Below are positions 51,948 through 60,706 of a DNA stretch of 64,000 nucleotides, piece after piece. A model generated the notes under the pieces. The model saw only the letters and a program-made list of their open reading frames with translations, ran no database searches and was not told where the DNA came from. The stretch is from Bdellovibrionota bacterium (GTDB taxonomy: Bacteria; Bdellovibrionota_G; JALEGL01; DATDPG01): assembly GCA_035292885.1 (NCBI GenBank), contig DATDPG010000019.1:59570-123569 (forward strand), read 5' to 3'. Made by a program: the position numbers and the translations under genes. Numbering within the stretch: position 1 is the stretch's first letter; the number at the start of each line of letters is the position of its first letter.

Positions 51948-51973
51948 CTACTCTCCACTCGACGACGAATCCC

Positions 51974-52660
51974 ATGGGCCAGAACGAACGACGAATCCAC
52001 ACACGGCTTCAGCTGAGCGAGGAGGTCCGGGCCTCCACTCCCAAAGGCTTTCTGACAGGCTACCTCCGAGATGTCTCCAAAGGGGGCGCGGGAGTCGTCT
52101 TCGAAGAGAGCGTCGGGGATGTCGGGGAAACGATCGAGATTTTTCTCCCCTTCCCCGGCGGCGTGGAGATCGCCGTGATGGCGGAGATTGTCCGAATCCA
52201 AGAAACCCAGGGCGGTCTCTTGCACGGCCTCTGCTTCAGCCTCGTTGAACCTTCGATGCAGGAAAAACTTCTGACGCTCGTCGAGACCCTCCTCGCCGGA
52301 TCGGGGGGAAAGCGACGGGAGCACCCGCGCGTCTCCAAGAGAATTCCGATCCGCTACGGGAACCAGGCGGAGTTTCAAGCCGGCCTCCAAACGATCTCCA
52401 TGGGTGGGTTGTCGATGATGATCGACACTCCCGTGGTTCTCTTCCAAGAGGTCGAAGTCTCCATTCCGGACGTCAGCGGTCGCGAACTTCTCATCCTCCC
52501 CGCCCGGGTGATCTACCAGCACAACCTCGAGAAAAGTGGAAAGAAGCAGTATGAGGTCGGTCTTCAGTTCCGTGAACTGACGGGTCCGCAGAAGGCCTGC
52601 CTCGCCGAACTCCTCCGCTACGTGATGGATACACCGGCCGACGCCACAGGTTCCAAGTGA
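51974..52660 (+). CDS. Tandem PilZ-domain protein (c-di-GMP receptor-type)
   Basis: Start MGQNERRIHTR. Two RxxxR...D/NxSxxG pairs: RRIHTR...DVSKGG and RREHPR...TISMGG. Confidence 0.8.
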   Translation: MGQNERRIHTRLQLSEEVRASTPKGFLTGYLRDVSKGGAGVVFEESVGDVGETIEIFLPFPGGVEIAVMAEIVRIQETQGGLLHGLCFSLVEPSMQEKLLTLVETLLAGSGGKRREHPRVSKRIPIRYGNQAEFQAGLQTISMGGLSMMIDTPVVLFQEVEVSIPDVSGRELLILPARVIYQHNLEKSGKKQYEVGLQFRELTGPQKACLAELLRYVMDTPADATGSK

Positions 52661-52960
52661 CTCCGTAAGCCATTTTGCGACGGCGTCCGCCTGGCCTCAC
52701 CGGGCCAAGCTTCGAACTCGGGAATTTCTAACGACCCTATACATGATGAAGATCATGTACAGACTCTCCCGACGAGAGTGTTATTGCGCGCAGGTTTAGT
52801 AGCTTCGGAGGCGTACGTCGGCTTGGGAGAAGCTGATCCACAAGATTGACTTTGAGACCCAAGAGGCATACGCCTTCGCGCGATCCGTGTGGAACGCCGA
52901 TGGCGGCCCGCACGATATTTTTCAATAAAACTCAATATTTGATTTTGGAGGAACGTACAA

Positions 52961-54211
52961 ATGCCAGAGCTCAATCCGTTTAAAATTGCTCAGCAACAGT
53001 TCGATGAGGCGGCCGAAAAGCTCGGCCTCGACAGCGCTACGCGAGAACTTCTCCGGTGGCCGATGACCGAAACGATCGTCAGCATCCCCGTCCGGATGGA
53101 CGACGGAACGACGAAAGTGTTTCGGGGGTATCGCGTTCAATACAACGGGTCCCGTGGGCCGACAAAAGGCGGCCTTCGGTGGCATCCGGAAGAGACGATC
53201 GACACCGTGCGAGCCCTGGCGGCATGGATGACCTGGAAGACCGCGTGCGTCGATATTCCTCTCGGCGGCGCAAAAGGCGGCGTTACCTGCAATCCGAAGG
53301 CGATGTCGACGAATGAAAAAGAGCGTCTGGCGCGCGGCTATATCCGCGCCGTCTCTCGTCAGCTGGGCGTCATGAAGGATGTTCCGGCGCCCGACGTCTA
53401 CACGACGCCGCAAATCATGGGTTGGATGATGGATGAGTTCGAGACGATCGTCGGCGAGCATCATCCGGGCGTCATCACCGGGAAACCGTTGCCGTTAGGC
53501 GGCTCCGAAGGTCGCGGCGATGCAACGGCTCGCGGCGGAATTTATTGCGTCCGCGAAGCGGCCAAGAAAATCGGCCTCGATCCAGCCAAGGCGACTTACG
53601 CCATCCAGGGATTCGGCAACGCCGGCCAATTTGCGGCGACGTTGCATAAGGAAGTCCTCGGCGGCGGCCGGCTGCTCGCGGCCAGCGACTCCCGCGGCGG
53701 CGTCACGAGCCCGGACGGCATGAATCCGGAGGCTCTGGTGAAGTTCAAGAATGAAACCGGCAGTGTCGTCGGATTCCCGAATACGAAGCCGATTTCGAAC
53801 GAGGAACTTCTGGTCATGAAATGCGATGTCCTCTATCCGTCGGCGCTGGAGAATGTCATCACGAGTCAAAACGCCGCGAACATCAAGGCGAAGATCGTTT
53901 GCGAGCTGGCGAACGGCCCGACGACGCCGGAAGCGGACACGATTCTGTTCAAGAATAATGTGTTCGTTCTCCCGGACTTCATGGCCAATGCCGGAGGCGT
54001 GACGGTCTCTTATTTTGAGCAGGTCCAGAATACGTACAACTATTACTGGCCGATCCAAGACGTCCATCAGCAGTTGGATCGAAAGATGACCGACGCGTTC
54101 AACGCGGTGTACGAGACCTCGCAGAAGAAAAAAGTCCACATGAGGCTGGCTGCATATATGGTGGCCGTGGCGCGCGTGGCGGAGGCCTGCAAGCTGCGCG
54201 GCTGGGTCTAA
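52961..54211 (+). CDS. gdhA: Glutamate dehydrogenase
   Basis: KGGLRWHPEETIDTVRALAAWMTWKTACVDIPLGGAKGGV, IQGFGNAGQFAA. 416 aa. RBS GGAGGA. Confidence 0.95.
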   Translation: MPELNPFKIAQQQFDEAAEKLGLDSATRELLRWPMTETIVSIPVRMDDGTTKVFRGYRVQYNGSRGPTKGGLRWHPEETIDTVRALAAWMTWKTACVDIPLGGAKGGVTCNPKAMSTNEKERLARGYIRAVSRQLGVMKDVPAPDVYTTPQIMGWMMDEFETIVGEHHPGVITGKPLPLGGSEGRGDATARGGIYCVREAAKKIGLDPAKATYAIQGFGNAGQFAATLHKEVLGGGRLLAASDSRGGVTSPDGMNPEALVKFKNETGSVVGFPNTKPISNEELLVMKCDVLYPSALENVITSQNAANIKAKIVCELANGPTTPEADTILFKNNVFVLPDFMANAGGVTVSYFEQVQNTYNYYWPIQDVHQQLDRKMTDAFNAVYETSQKKKVHMRLAAYMVAVARVAEACKLRGWV

Positions 54212-54217
54212 TTAAGC

Positions 54218-54378
54218 GTCCCGAGCCCGACATATCTTGATAGTCGGCCGCCGCTGCATCCCGGTTGGCTGCGTTGCTCCCCCTCGACGTACAGCTTTGC
54301 AAGTACGCCGTCGTCGTCGCGCCTTGCCAACCGGGCGCATCGGCGTCCTTTGTTATCAATCTATCTCGGGCTCGGGAC
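54218..54378 (+). mobile_element. 161-bp palindromic MITE-like element, copy A
   Basis: Terminal inverted repeats GTCCCGAGCCCGAcATAtcTTGATA / TATCAAtcTATcTCGGGCTCGGGAC (22/25 match; outer 13 bp perfect). Internal arms are also self-complementary. 152/161 identical (hand count, no gaps) to the reverse complement of 63143..63303. Confidence 0.7.
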
Positions 54379-54442
54379 GCTAGCGTTCCATAAGGGAACA
54401 CGGCGTTCTTTGCGGCGCCGGGTGGAATGTTATCATGCCGAT

Positions 54443-56827
54443 ATGCCCACCCGGCGCCGTCGTTTATCTCCTTCGAAATCGGCTCGTAAACGGCCTCCTC
54501 AGACTGAATCGAGTCGAGTCATTCAGCGCTATCTGCGCCGGTATCCGGGGCTCCGCGCCCGAATCATTCAGAATTTTCTCGTCCGCCTTCATTCCCAAGG
54601 GATCGTTTCGGTGGACGAAGTCTACCGGATTGCACTCGGGAAATCGGCGCTTCGGCAGCAGATCAAACACCGAGTCGCCATGAACATCGATACGGCCGTT
54701 CAATGGACGCGGACGGAACGGAACGCCGTATGGAAAACCGTTTTGTCGTACGCCGAGCGGCACTTTTCTCCGGAAGAAATTCACGATCTGGTCGGCGTGA
54801 CGGTCAAACGGGAAGAAGCGCAGAATCTTCAAGACATCGCCGGTCTTCCGGGAATTTCCTTCGAAATTCTTAAACGCAGGGTCGCGGATTTCTGCAAGCT
54901 TCCGCGGACCATCATTTCCCTGCCGCCTTCCGATCTGGTGGCGACCCGCGTCGCCCTCATGCGGCAGTTTGTCAGCGATCACATTGATTTTCTTACGGTC
55001 GCACGAAACTACGTCCAGGTGCGGGACCTGGACGTCGTCGCCCAGCGAATCATCGGTCCGAGGGAAGGAATGGGGCGGATCGGCGGGAAAGCGGCCGGCC
55101 TGCTTCTGGCCGACAAGATTTTACGCCAGCATTACCAGAACGCGGGAAGAGAGCCTCTGATGCCGCTCAAGACACCCGACTCATATTATTTGCGGTCCGA
55201 TTTGAACGACGAGTTCGTCCGCCGGAACGGCCTCATGGAATACGCGAGCCAGAAATACAAATCGCAGGAGGCGATCGAAGCCGATTACCCCCTGCTCCGG
55301 GAGCTTTTTCACGCCGGTTCATTCCCTCCCGAAGTCGTCTCCCGCATTCGAAAATTGCTGGAGAAACTCGGACCCACGCCGTTGATCGTCCGTTCCTCCA
55401 GTTTGTTGGAAGACAGCCTCGGCGCCGCGTTTTCCGGGAAATACCGGAGCATCTTTCTGGCGAATCAGGGCTCCCTTTCCAATCGACTGATTCGCTTTTT
55501 GAGCGCCGTAAAGGAGGTTTACGCGGGCGTGCTCTCGGCCGATCCACTGGTCTACCGGCGGGAGCGGGATCTAATCGACTACGACGAATTCATGGCGATT
55601 CTGATTCAACCGGTCGTGGGAAGGACGTATCGGCACTATTATTTTCCACTTTTCGCCGGCGTGGCGTTTTCGCGAAACGATTACTACCGGTGGGACCGCC
55701 GAATTCGCCGCGAGGACGGCTTGGTCCGCCTCGTCGCGGGGCTCGGCACACGCGCCGTGGACCGTGTCAGCGCGGAGTATCCGAGAATGATCGCCCTCAC
55801 GGTCCCGTCGCTCCGTCCCCAAGGGGACGTGGACGAGATCTGTCGCCAGTCTCAGCGCCGCGTGGATGTCGTGAATCTTAGAACGAACAGATTTGAAACA
55901 CTCAATTTTACCGACGCGATCGAGGCGGAACCCCCGCCGAATTTCGATCTGGTGGCTTCCATTGTAGAAGAGGAAGCCTTGCGACCGATCGTCGGAAATT
56001 TCGTGGATACCTCCCGACAATCGATCTGCCTGACGTTTGACAAATTGATTGAATCGACGCCGTTCGCGCCTCACATGCGTGAGGTGTTAAGCGTCTTGGA
56101 AAAGGGCTACGGATGCCCGGTGGACATCGAGTTCGCCAGCGATGGAAAAGATTTTTATCTGCTTCAATGCCGGCCGTTGGCGCAGAAAATCGAAGCTAGC
56201 CGTGTGCGCGTTCCGACGGACGTCGAGCCGAAGCGGGTTCTGTTCAACGCCCAGCGTGACGTGATGAACGGCATCGTGCGAAATATTGAATACATTGTTT
56301 ATGTTCCGGCCGAAGCGTACGACGACGTCTCTGATCTGACGACGAAACAGATGATCGGCCGCGTGGTGGGGCAGCTGAACCAGAAACTGCACGGCTCCAG
56401 ATTCATCTTGCTCGGTCCGGGACGCTGGGGATCCAACGACATCAATCTGGGCGTGCGCGTGAATTACGCCGACATTCGAAACAGCCGCGCTCTCATCGAG
56501 GTGGCTCATGAGAAGGACGGTTACGTTCCCGAAGTTTCGTTCGGCACACACTTCTTTCAAGATCTTGTGGAATCCGGAATCAGTTACCTGCCGCTCTATC
56601 CGGATGAGCCGGGCGGAATCTTCAATGCGGATTTTCTTCTGAATTCACCGAACCGCTTGCCGAAACTGTTGCCCAACCACAAGAGTTTTGCCCCGATAGT
56701 GCGGGCCATTCATGTCCCTGAAGTGGCGGAAGGCGAGTACGCCCATTTGCTGATGGACGGCGAGAATGAATTGGCGCTCTGTTATCTGGGCCCGATGCAG
56801 AGGGAAGAGGCGTCGACGCAGGCGTAG
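54443..56827 (+). CDS. PEP/pyruvate-binding (PEP synthase / PPDK N-terminal ATP-grasp-like) domain protein
   Basis: Start moved to MPTRRRR (the track ORF start at 54350 lies inside the repeat element). GRIGGKAAGLLLA and LIVRSSSLLEDSLGAAFSGKYRSIFL match the PPDK_N-type signature. I did not see a phospho-His swivel motif. Confidence 0.75.
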   Translation: MPTRRRRLSPSKSARKRPPQTESSRVIQRYLRRYPGLRARIIQNFLVRLHSQGIVSVDEVYRIALGKSALRQQIKHRVAMNIDTAVQWTRTERNAVWKTVLSYAERHFSPEEIHDLVGVTVKREEAQNLQDIAGLPGISFEILKRRVADFCKLPRTIISLPPSDLVATRVALMRQFVSDHIDFLTVARNYVQVRDLDVVAQRIIGPREGMGRIGGKAAGLLLADKILRQHYQNAGREPLMPLKTPDSYYLRSDLNDEFVRRNGLMEYASQKYKSQEAIEADYPLLRELFHAGSFPPEVVSRIRKLLEKLGPTPLIVRSSSLLEDSLGAAFSGKYRSIFLANQGSLSNRLIRFLSAVKEVYAGVLSADPLVYRRERDLIDYDEFMAILIQPVVGRTYRHYYFPLFAGVAFSRNDYYRWDRRIRREDGLVRLVAGLGTRAVDRVSAEYPRMIALTVPSLRPQGDVDEICRQSQRRVDVVNLRTNRFETLNFTDAIEAEPPPNFDLVASIVEEEALRPIVGNFVDTSRQSICLTFDKLIESTPFAPHMREVLSVLEKGYGCPVDIEFASDGKDFYLLQCRPLAQKIEASRVRVPTDVEPKRVLFNAQRDVMNGIVRNIEYIVYVPAEAYDDVSDLTTKQMIGRVVGQLNQKLHGSRFILLGPGRWGSNDINLGVRVNYADIRNSRALIEVAHEKDGYVPEVSFGTHFFQDLVESGISYLPLYPDEPGGIFNADFLLNSPNRLPKLLPNHKSFAPIVRAIHVPEVAEGEYAHLLMDGENELALCYLGPMQREEASTQA

Positions 56828-56828
56828 C
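56732..56828 (+). repeat. 97-bp direct repeat, copy 1 (authentic 3' end of the PEP-binding gene including its TAG)
   Basis: 92/97 identical (hand count) to 57486..57582. Confidence 0.9.
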
Positions 56829-56861
56829 GGCAAGCGTGGAGTTCGCGATCGGGAAACCCGG

Positions 56862-57143
56862 TCAGCTGATTTTTTCTTTCTCCGCCATCCGCCCGCTTAC
56901 AAACTTGTAAAGTACGCTTGAAATCAGCGTCTGATAAGGTATCCCTTCTTCCGCCGCCTTCACCCGAAGCCGCTCCAGCACCTGAGACGGAATTCTTATA
57001 TTCACCCTCTTGTCTTTGGCGAGCGTAGCGCGGGCGTATTTTTGGTATTTAGATTTTTCCCTTCTCAGTGAACGAACGGAACGCCATTCGTCTCGATCAT
57101 AAGAATCAAGAATCTCCTTCTCCTCTATATTTGGATGCTTCAT
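56862..57143 (-). CDS. brnA: BrnA-type (CopG/RHH) antitoxin
   Basis: RVNIRIPSQVLERLRVKAAEEGIPYQTLISSVLYKFVSG. 4-nt overlap with brnT. Confidence 0.8.
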   Translation of the reverse strand: MKHPNIEEKEILDSYDRDEWRSVRSLRREKSKYQKYARATLAKDKRVNIRIPSQVLERLRVKAAEEGIPYQTLISSVLYKFVSGRMAEKEKIS

Positions 57144-57421
57144 TTGCGTCCCTTTCGTATATATATTCGGGTAGCCTTACGACTCGGAATGATGGTTTTA
57201 AACACGATTTCTGCGCCCTTTTCTTCAAAGGGGACCAAACATGCGTAACCGTTGATATCGAGGACGAAAATTCGCTGAAAAGGGTACTTCGCCTTATTGG
57301 GATGTTCCAAGATATCGAGAACACCTCCTCTTTCAATGACCAAAACCGCTTCCTCGAAGGAAATTTCTCGTTGGCTCTTAAGGCTCGCATTCTTCCCCGG
57401 ATCCCACGTAAAAACCTTCAC
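57140..57421 (-). CDS. brnT: BrnT-type (DUF497) toxin
   Basis: MKVFTWDPGKNASLKSQREISFEEAVLVI... is the characteristic BrnT N-terminus. Confidence 0.85.
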   Translation of the reverse strand: MKVFTWDPGKNASLKSQREISFEEAVLVIERGGVLDILEHPNKAKYPFQRIFVLDINGYACLVPFEEKGAEIVFKTIIPSRKATRIYIRKGRK

Positions 57422-57485
57422 TGTTGCTAATTGTAAGACAATGTGTGCCTAACGTCAACAACACTCTGGGCTAGTCGTCGCAGCC

Positions 57486-57582
57486 GGCGAGTACGCCCAT
57501 TTGCTGATGGACGGCGAGAATGAATTGGCGCTCTGATATCTGGGCCCTGTGCAGAGGGAAGAGACGTCGACGCAGGCCTAGC
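57486..57582 (+). repeat. 97-bp direct repeat, copy 2 (non-coding relic of the gene 3' end)
   Basis: ggcgagtacgcccatttgctgatggacggcgagaatgaattggcgctctg... repeats 56732..56828 with 5 substitutions. Confidence 0.9.
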
Positions 57583-57651
57583 TGCAGGCTTGGACTGATT
57601 CAGATCATAGTAATTGTGCGTGCCGGCAATCATGATCCAGAATAGGAAATT

Positions 57652-58734
57652 ATGACCCAAATCCGAGCCTGGAAGTTCCAAAAAGCGGGGGAGCCGTTTT
57701 CGTTTGCGGAATCCGCCATGCCCAAACCGGCGCCGGGAGAAGTGTTGGTGCGAGTCGCGGGTTGCGGGGTTTGCCACACGGATCTCGGATACGTCTACGA
57801 CTCCGTTCGGACCGTCAAACCCCTTCCGCTGACGCTCGGTCACGAAATCAGCGGATTCGTGGAGGAGGTCGGCGCCGGGGCAAAAGAATGGATGGGAAAA
57901 GCGGTGATTATTCCGGCCATCCTTCCCTGCGGCGAATGTGATCTTTGCAAGAAGGGGAGACGATCGATCTGTCGGCGGCAGAAAATGCCTGGGAACCATA
58001 TCGACGGTGGTTTCGCAAGTCACATTGTTGTTCCCTCCCGTTTTCTGTGCGCCGTGCACGTTCGAAACGAAAATGAACATTTCGGCGATTCCGGCGTCAC
58101 GCTGAAGGAGCTCTCCGTCGTGGCGGATGCCGTTACCACGCCGTACATGGCGATTAAAAGGAGCGGCTTGGCAAAGGGCGATTTGGCGATCTTCGTCGGT
58201 GTCGGCGGAATTGGGGGTTTTGGTGTTCAGCTCGCCGCCGCTTTGGGCGCAACGGTTGTGGCCGTCGACATCTCGGACAAACGTCTTCAATTCATGAAGG
58301 AACATGGCGCCGAGGCCATTTTCAATTCGAAAGAGATCAACGGAAAGGAACTCCGAAGGGCGATCGGCGCGTTCGCGGCCGAACGAAAACTTCCGTCGTA
58401 CGAATGGAAGATTTTTGAAACCTCGGGGAGCGCCGCCGGGCAAGAACTAGCGTTTGGGCTCTTGACCTTCGGCGCTCATTTGGCCGTCGTCGGTTATACG
58501 ATGGAACAACCCGCCCTGCGCTTAAGCAATTTGATGGCGTATGACGCCCAAGCTTCGGGAAATTGGGGATGTGATCCGGTCTATTACCGGGAGGTGCTGG
58601 ATCTGGTAAAGAGCGGAAAGATCAAGCTTGCGCCGTTCGTGGAGCTGCACCCATTGAACCAGATCAACGAGATTTTCAACTGGGCGCACCACAAGAAACT
58701 GGAACGGCGCGCCGTTCTGATACCGGAAAAATAA
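57652..58734 (+). CDS. had: Zn-dependent alcohol-dehydrogenase-family enzyme, probable 6-hydroxycyclohex-1-ene-1-carbonyl-CoA dehydrogenase
   Basis: GEVLVRVAGCGVCHTDLGY, LTLGHEISGFV, structural-Zn cluster CGECDLCKKGRRSIC, and GVGGIGGFGVQ. The function is assigned from its context next to oah/dch/bcr. Confidence 0.65.
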   Translation: MTQIRAWKFQKAGEPFSFAESAMPKPAPGEVLVRVAGCGVCHTDLGYVYDSVRTVKPLPLTLGHEISGFVEEVGAGAKEWMGKAVIIPAILPCGECDLCKKGRRSICRRQKMPGNHIDGGFASHIVVPSRFLCAVHVRNENEHFGDSGVTLKELSVVADAVTTPYMAIKRSGLAKGDLAIFVGVGGIGGFGVQLAAALGATVVAVDISDKRLQFMKEHGAEAIFNSKEINGKELRRAIGAFAAERKLPSYEWKIFETSGSAAGQELAFGLLTFGAHLAVVGYTMEQPALRLSNLMAYDAQASGNWGCDPVYYREVLDLVKSGKIKLAPFVELHPLNQINEIFNWAHHKKLERRAVLIPEK

Positions 58735-58744
58735 AGGAGGACCG

Positions 58745-59845
58745 ATGTCGCCGTTTAAAGATCATGATTTGGTTCCGAATCCGAAGTTCACGCAGATCCT
58801 TTACGAATTAAAGCCGTGTCGGAACCCGAAAGGGTCGTCCGTTGCCGACCTTTTCAACGCGTGGATCACGCTGAACAATCCGGAGCAGTTCAATTCGTAC
58901 ACGACGCAGATGGTGAAAGAGACCATTTTGGCGTTTCGGACCGCGTCGAATCAGCGCAATGTGGTCGCGGTCGTCTTGACGGGCGCGGGCGAAAAAGCCT
59001 TCTGTACGGGGGGGAACACGAAGGAATACGCGGAGTACTACGCGGGCCAGCCGGACGAATATCGCCAATACATGAGGCTGTTCAACGACATGGTGACGAC
59101 GATTCTCCAGTGCGACAAGCCGGTGATCTGCCGGGTCAACGGCATGCGGATCGCCGGAGGCCAGGAAGTCGGCATGGCGTGTGACTTCTCGATCGCGAGC
59201 GACCGCGCAGTTTTCGGACAGGCCGGACCGAAGCACGGCTCCGTTCCGGACGGCGGCTCGACGGATTTCTTGCCTCTTTTCGTCGGCGTGGAGCGGGCGA
59301 TGGAAAGTTGCACGCTCTGCGAGACCTGGAGCGCCTATCAGGCGTATCGGCTCGGATTGATCACCGACGTCGTTCCGGTGCTGAAACGGAATGGAACGTT
59401 TATTTCGAACCCGGCGGTCATTACGGGCCGCTGGATCGATGAGGCCGGAAAGATCGTCTACGGCCAATTCAAGACGGGAGAGGACCGATCGAGCGCCGAA
59501 AAGATCGTTCGCGAATGCAAGGTGGATCTGTCGGCGCTCGATCGTGCGGTCGAAAGTATGTGCACGTCCCTTCTAATGACGATGCCGGGGTGCCTCTCCA
59601 AGACGCTCAGCTCCGTTCGAAAGCATAAGCTGGAACATTGGGACCGGAACCGAGAGACCAACCGCGACTGGCTCGGCCTGAACATGATGACCGAAGCGAA
59701 GGTCGGGTTCCGGGCGTTCAACGAAGGAACGAAGGAAAACCGCGAGGCCGATTTTATCGAGCTGCGCCGGAGACTTGCCCGCGGCGAGCGATGGAGCGAC
59801 ACGTTGGTCGAGGCGGTCCTCCCGTCGAAGAAGGAGAAGATTTAG
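58745..59845 (+). CDS. oah: Crotonase-superfamily enzyme, probable 6-oxocyclohex-1-ene-1-carbonyl-CoA hydrolase (Oah/BamA-like)
   Basis: 366 aa, long for a crotonase. VVLTGAGEKAFCTGGN, VNGMRIAGGQEVGMACDFSIA. Confidence 0.6.
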   Translation: MSPFKDHDLVPNPKFTQILYELKPCRNPKGSSVADLFNAWITLNNPEQFNSYTTQMVKETILAFRTASNQRNVVAVVLTGAGEKAFCTGGNTKEYAEYYAGQPDEYRQYMRLFNDMVTTILQCDKPVICRVNGMRIAGGQEVGMACDFSIASDRAVFGQAGPKHGSVPDGGSTDFLPLFVGVERAMESCTLCETWSAYQAYRLGLITDVVPVLKRNGTFISNPAVITGRWIDEAGKIVYGQFKTGEDRSSAEKIVRECKVDLSALDRAVESMCTSLLMTMPGCLSKTLSSVRKHKLEHWDRNRETNRDWLGLNMMTEAKVGFRAFNEGTKENREADFIELRRRLARGERWSDTLVEAVLPSKKEKI

Positions 59846-60616
59846 ATGGTCCCCTTCAAGAAGATCAAAGTCGACAAACTCTACGACGGCCAGGTTTGGT
59901 GGATTACGTTGAATGTTCCCAAGGGTAACGTTCTGGACCGGGAGATGATGTTGGAGATCGAAGACTCCGCGAGATCGGCCCGCATTCCGTCGGTGAAGGC
60001 GCTTGTTTTCGAGGGGGCGGGGGATCATTTCTCGTTCGGCGCCAGCGTGGCCGAACACACCAAAGAAGCGGCGCCGAGCATGCTGGCGGCGTTCCATCAA
60101 CTCTTCCGAACGTTGATCGATTCATCGAAACCTCTGGTTGCCGTCGTACGGGGTCAATGTCTCGGAGGAGGAATGGAATTGGCGACGTTTTGCCACTGGG
60201 TGTTCGCTTCCGAAAACGCCATGTTCGGCCAGCCCGAGATTCAGCTCGGCGTTTTTCCGCCGGTCGCATCGATCGTGCTTCCAGCCAAGGTCGGCCAGGC
60301 GGCCGCGGACGATCTCATCCTGACGGGTCGGTCGATTCCGGCGCGCGAAGCCAAGGAAATCGGCCTCATCACTTCCGTTTCCGGCGATCCAAAGGCGGAA
60401 GCGACGAACCTGCTCGACAAACAGATTCTCCCCAAGAGCGGTGCGGCGCTGGAATTCACCGTAAAAGCGAGCCGGTATGAATTTCATGAAGCCTTCCGCC
60501 GTGGAATCGAGCGGCTGGAGAAGACGTATGTTCGTGAATTGATGGAAACCGCCGACGCCAACGAGGGAATCGCATCCTTCCTGGAGAAACGGAAACCGGC
60601 CTGGAAAAATCGATGA
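59846..60616 (+). CDS. dch: Crotonase-superfamily enzyme, probable cyclohexa-1,5-diene-1-carbonyl-CoA hydratase
   Basis: The start abuts the upstream stop (TAGATG). LVFEGAGDHFSFGASVAEH, VVRGQCLGGGMELATFCH. Confidence 0.6.
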   Translation: MVPFKKIKVDKLYDGQVWWITLNVPKGNVLDREMMLEIEDSARSARIPSVKALVFEGAGDHFSFGASVAEHTKEAAPSMLAAFHQLFRTLIDSSKPLVAVVRGQCLGGGMELATFCHWVFASENAMFGQPEIQLGVFPPVASIVLPAKVGQAAADDLILTGRSIPAREAKEIGLITSVSGDPKAEATNLLDKQILPKSGAALEFTVKASRYEFHEAFRRGIERLEKTYVRELMETADANEGIASFLEKRKPAWKNR

Positions 60617-60624
60617 GGAATTCG

Positions 60625-60695
60625 GGGGACACACGACTGGACCCAAACTCCAATTGCTTCTCAAGAAGCCAATTCGGGTCCATACATGTGTCCCC
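60625..60695 (+). promoter_or_regulatory. 71-nt extended three-segment hairpin in the dch-bcrC spacer
   Basis: GGGGACACA/TGTGTCCCC (9 bp), TGGACCC/GGGTCCA (7 bp) and AATTGCTTCT/AGAAGC(C)AATT (10 bp with one bulge), nested. No U-tract follows. Confidence 0.5.
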
Positions 60696-60706
60696 TTAAT
60701 TAAGAG

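Noticed and set aside
52803-52928. Protein-like 41-codon frame (...AWEKLIHKIDFETQEAYAFARSVWNADGGPHDIFQ*) upstream of gdhA
   Set aside because: It has no ATG/GTG/TTG start after the bounding TAG, no RBS, and is too short to assign. It may be a gene relic but is unsupported.
54205-54385. Target-site duplications for the MITE-like copies (TAAG / CTAG tetramers near the ends)
   Set aside because: The element boundaries are ambiguous by 2-5 nt. The tetramers pair across copies rather than within a copy, so no TSD can be called without empty-site comparisons.
54350-54442. Track start of the PEP-binding ORF at 54350
   Set aside because: The first 31 codons lie within or directly after MITE-like copy A. 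The start was moved to ATG 54443.
57427-58443. 338-aa minus-strand ORF
   Set aside because: It is antisense to the Zn-ADH-family gene (GHE, Cys4 structural zinc site and Rossmann motif all lie in the plus frame).
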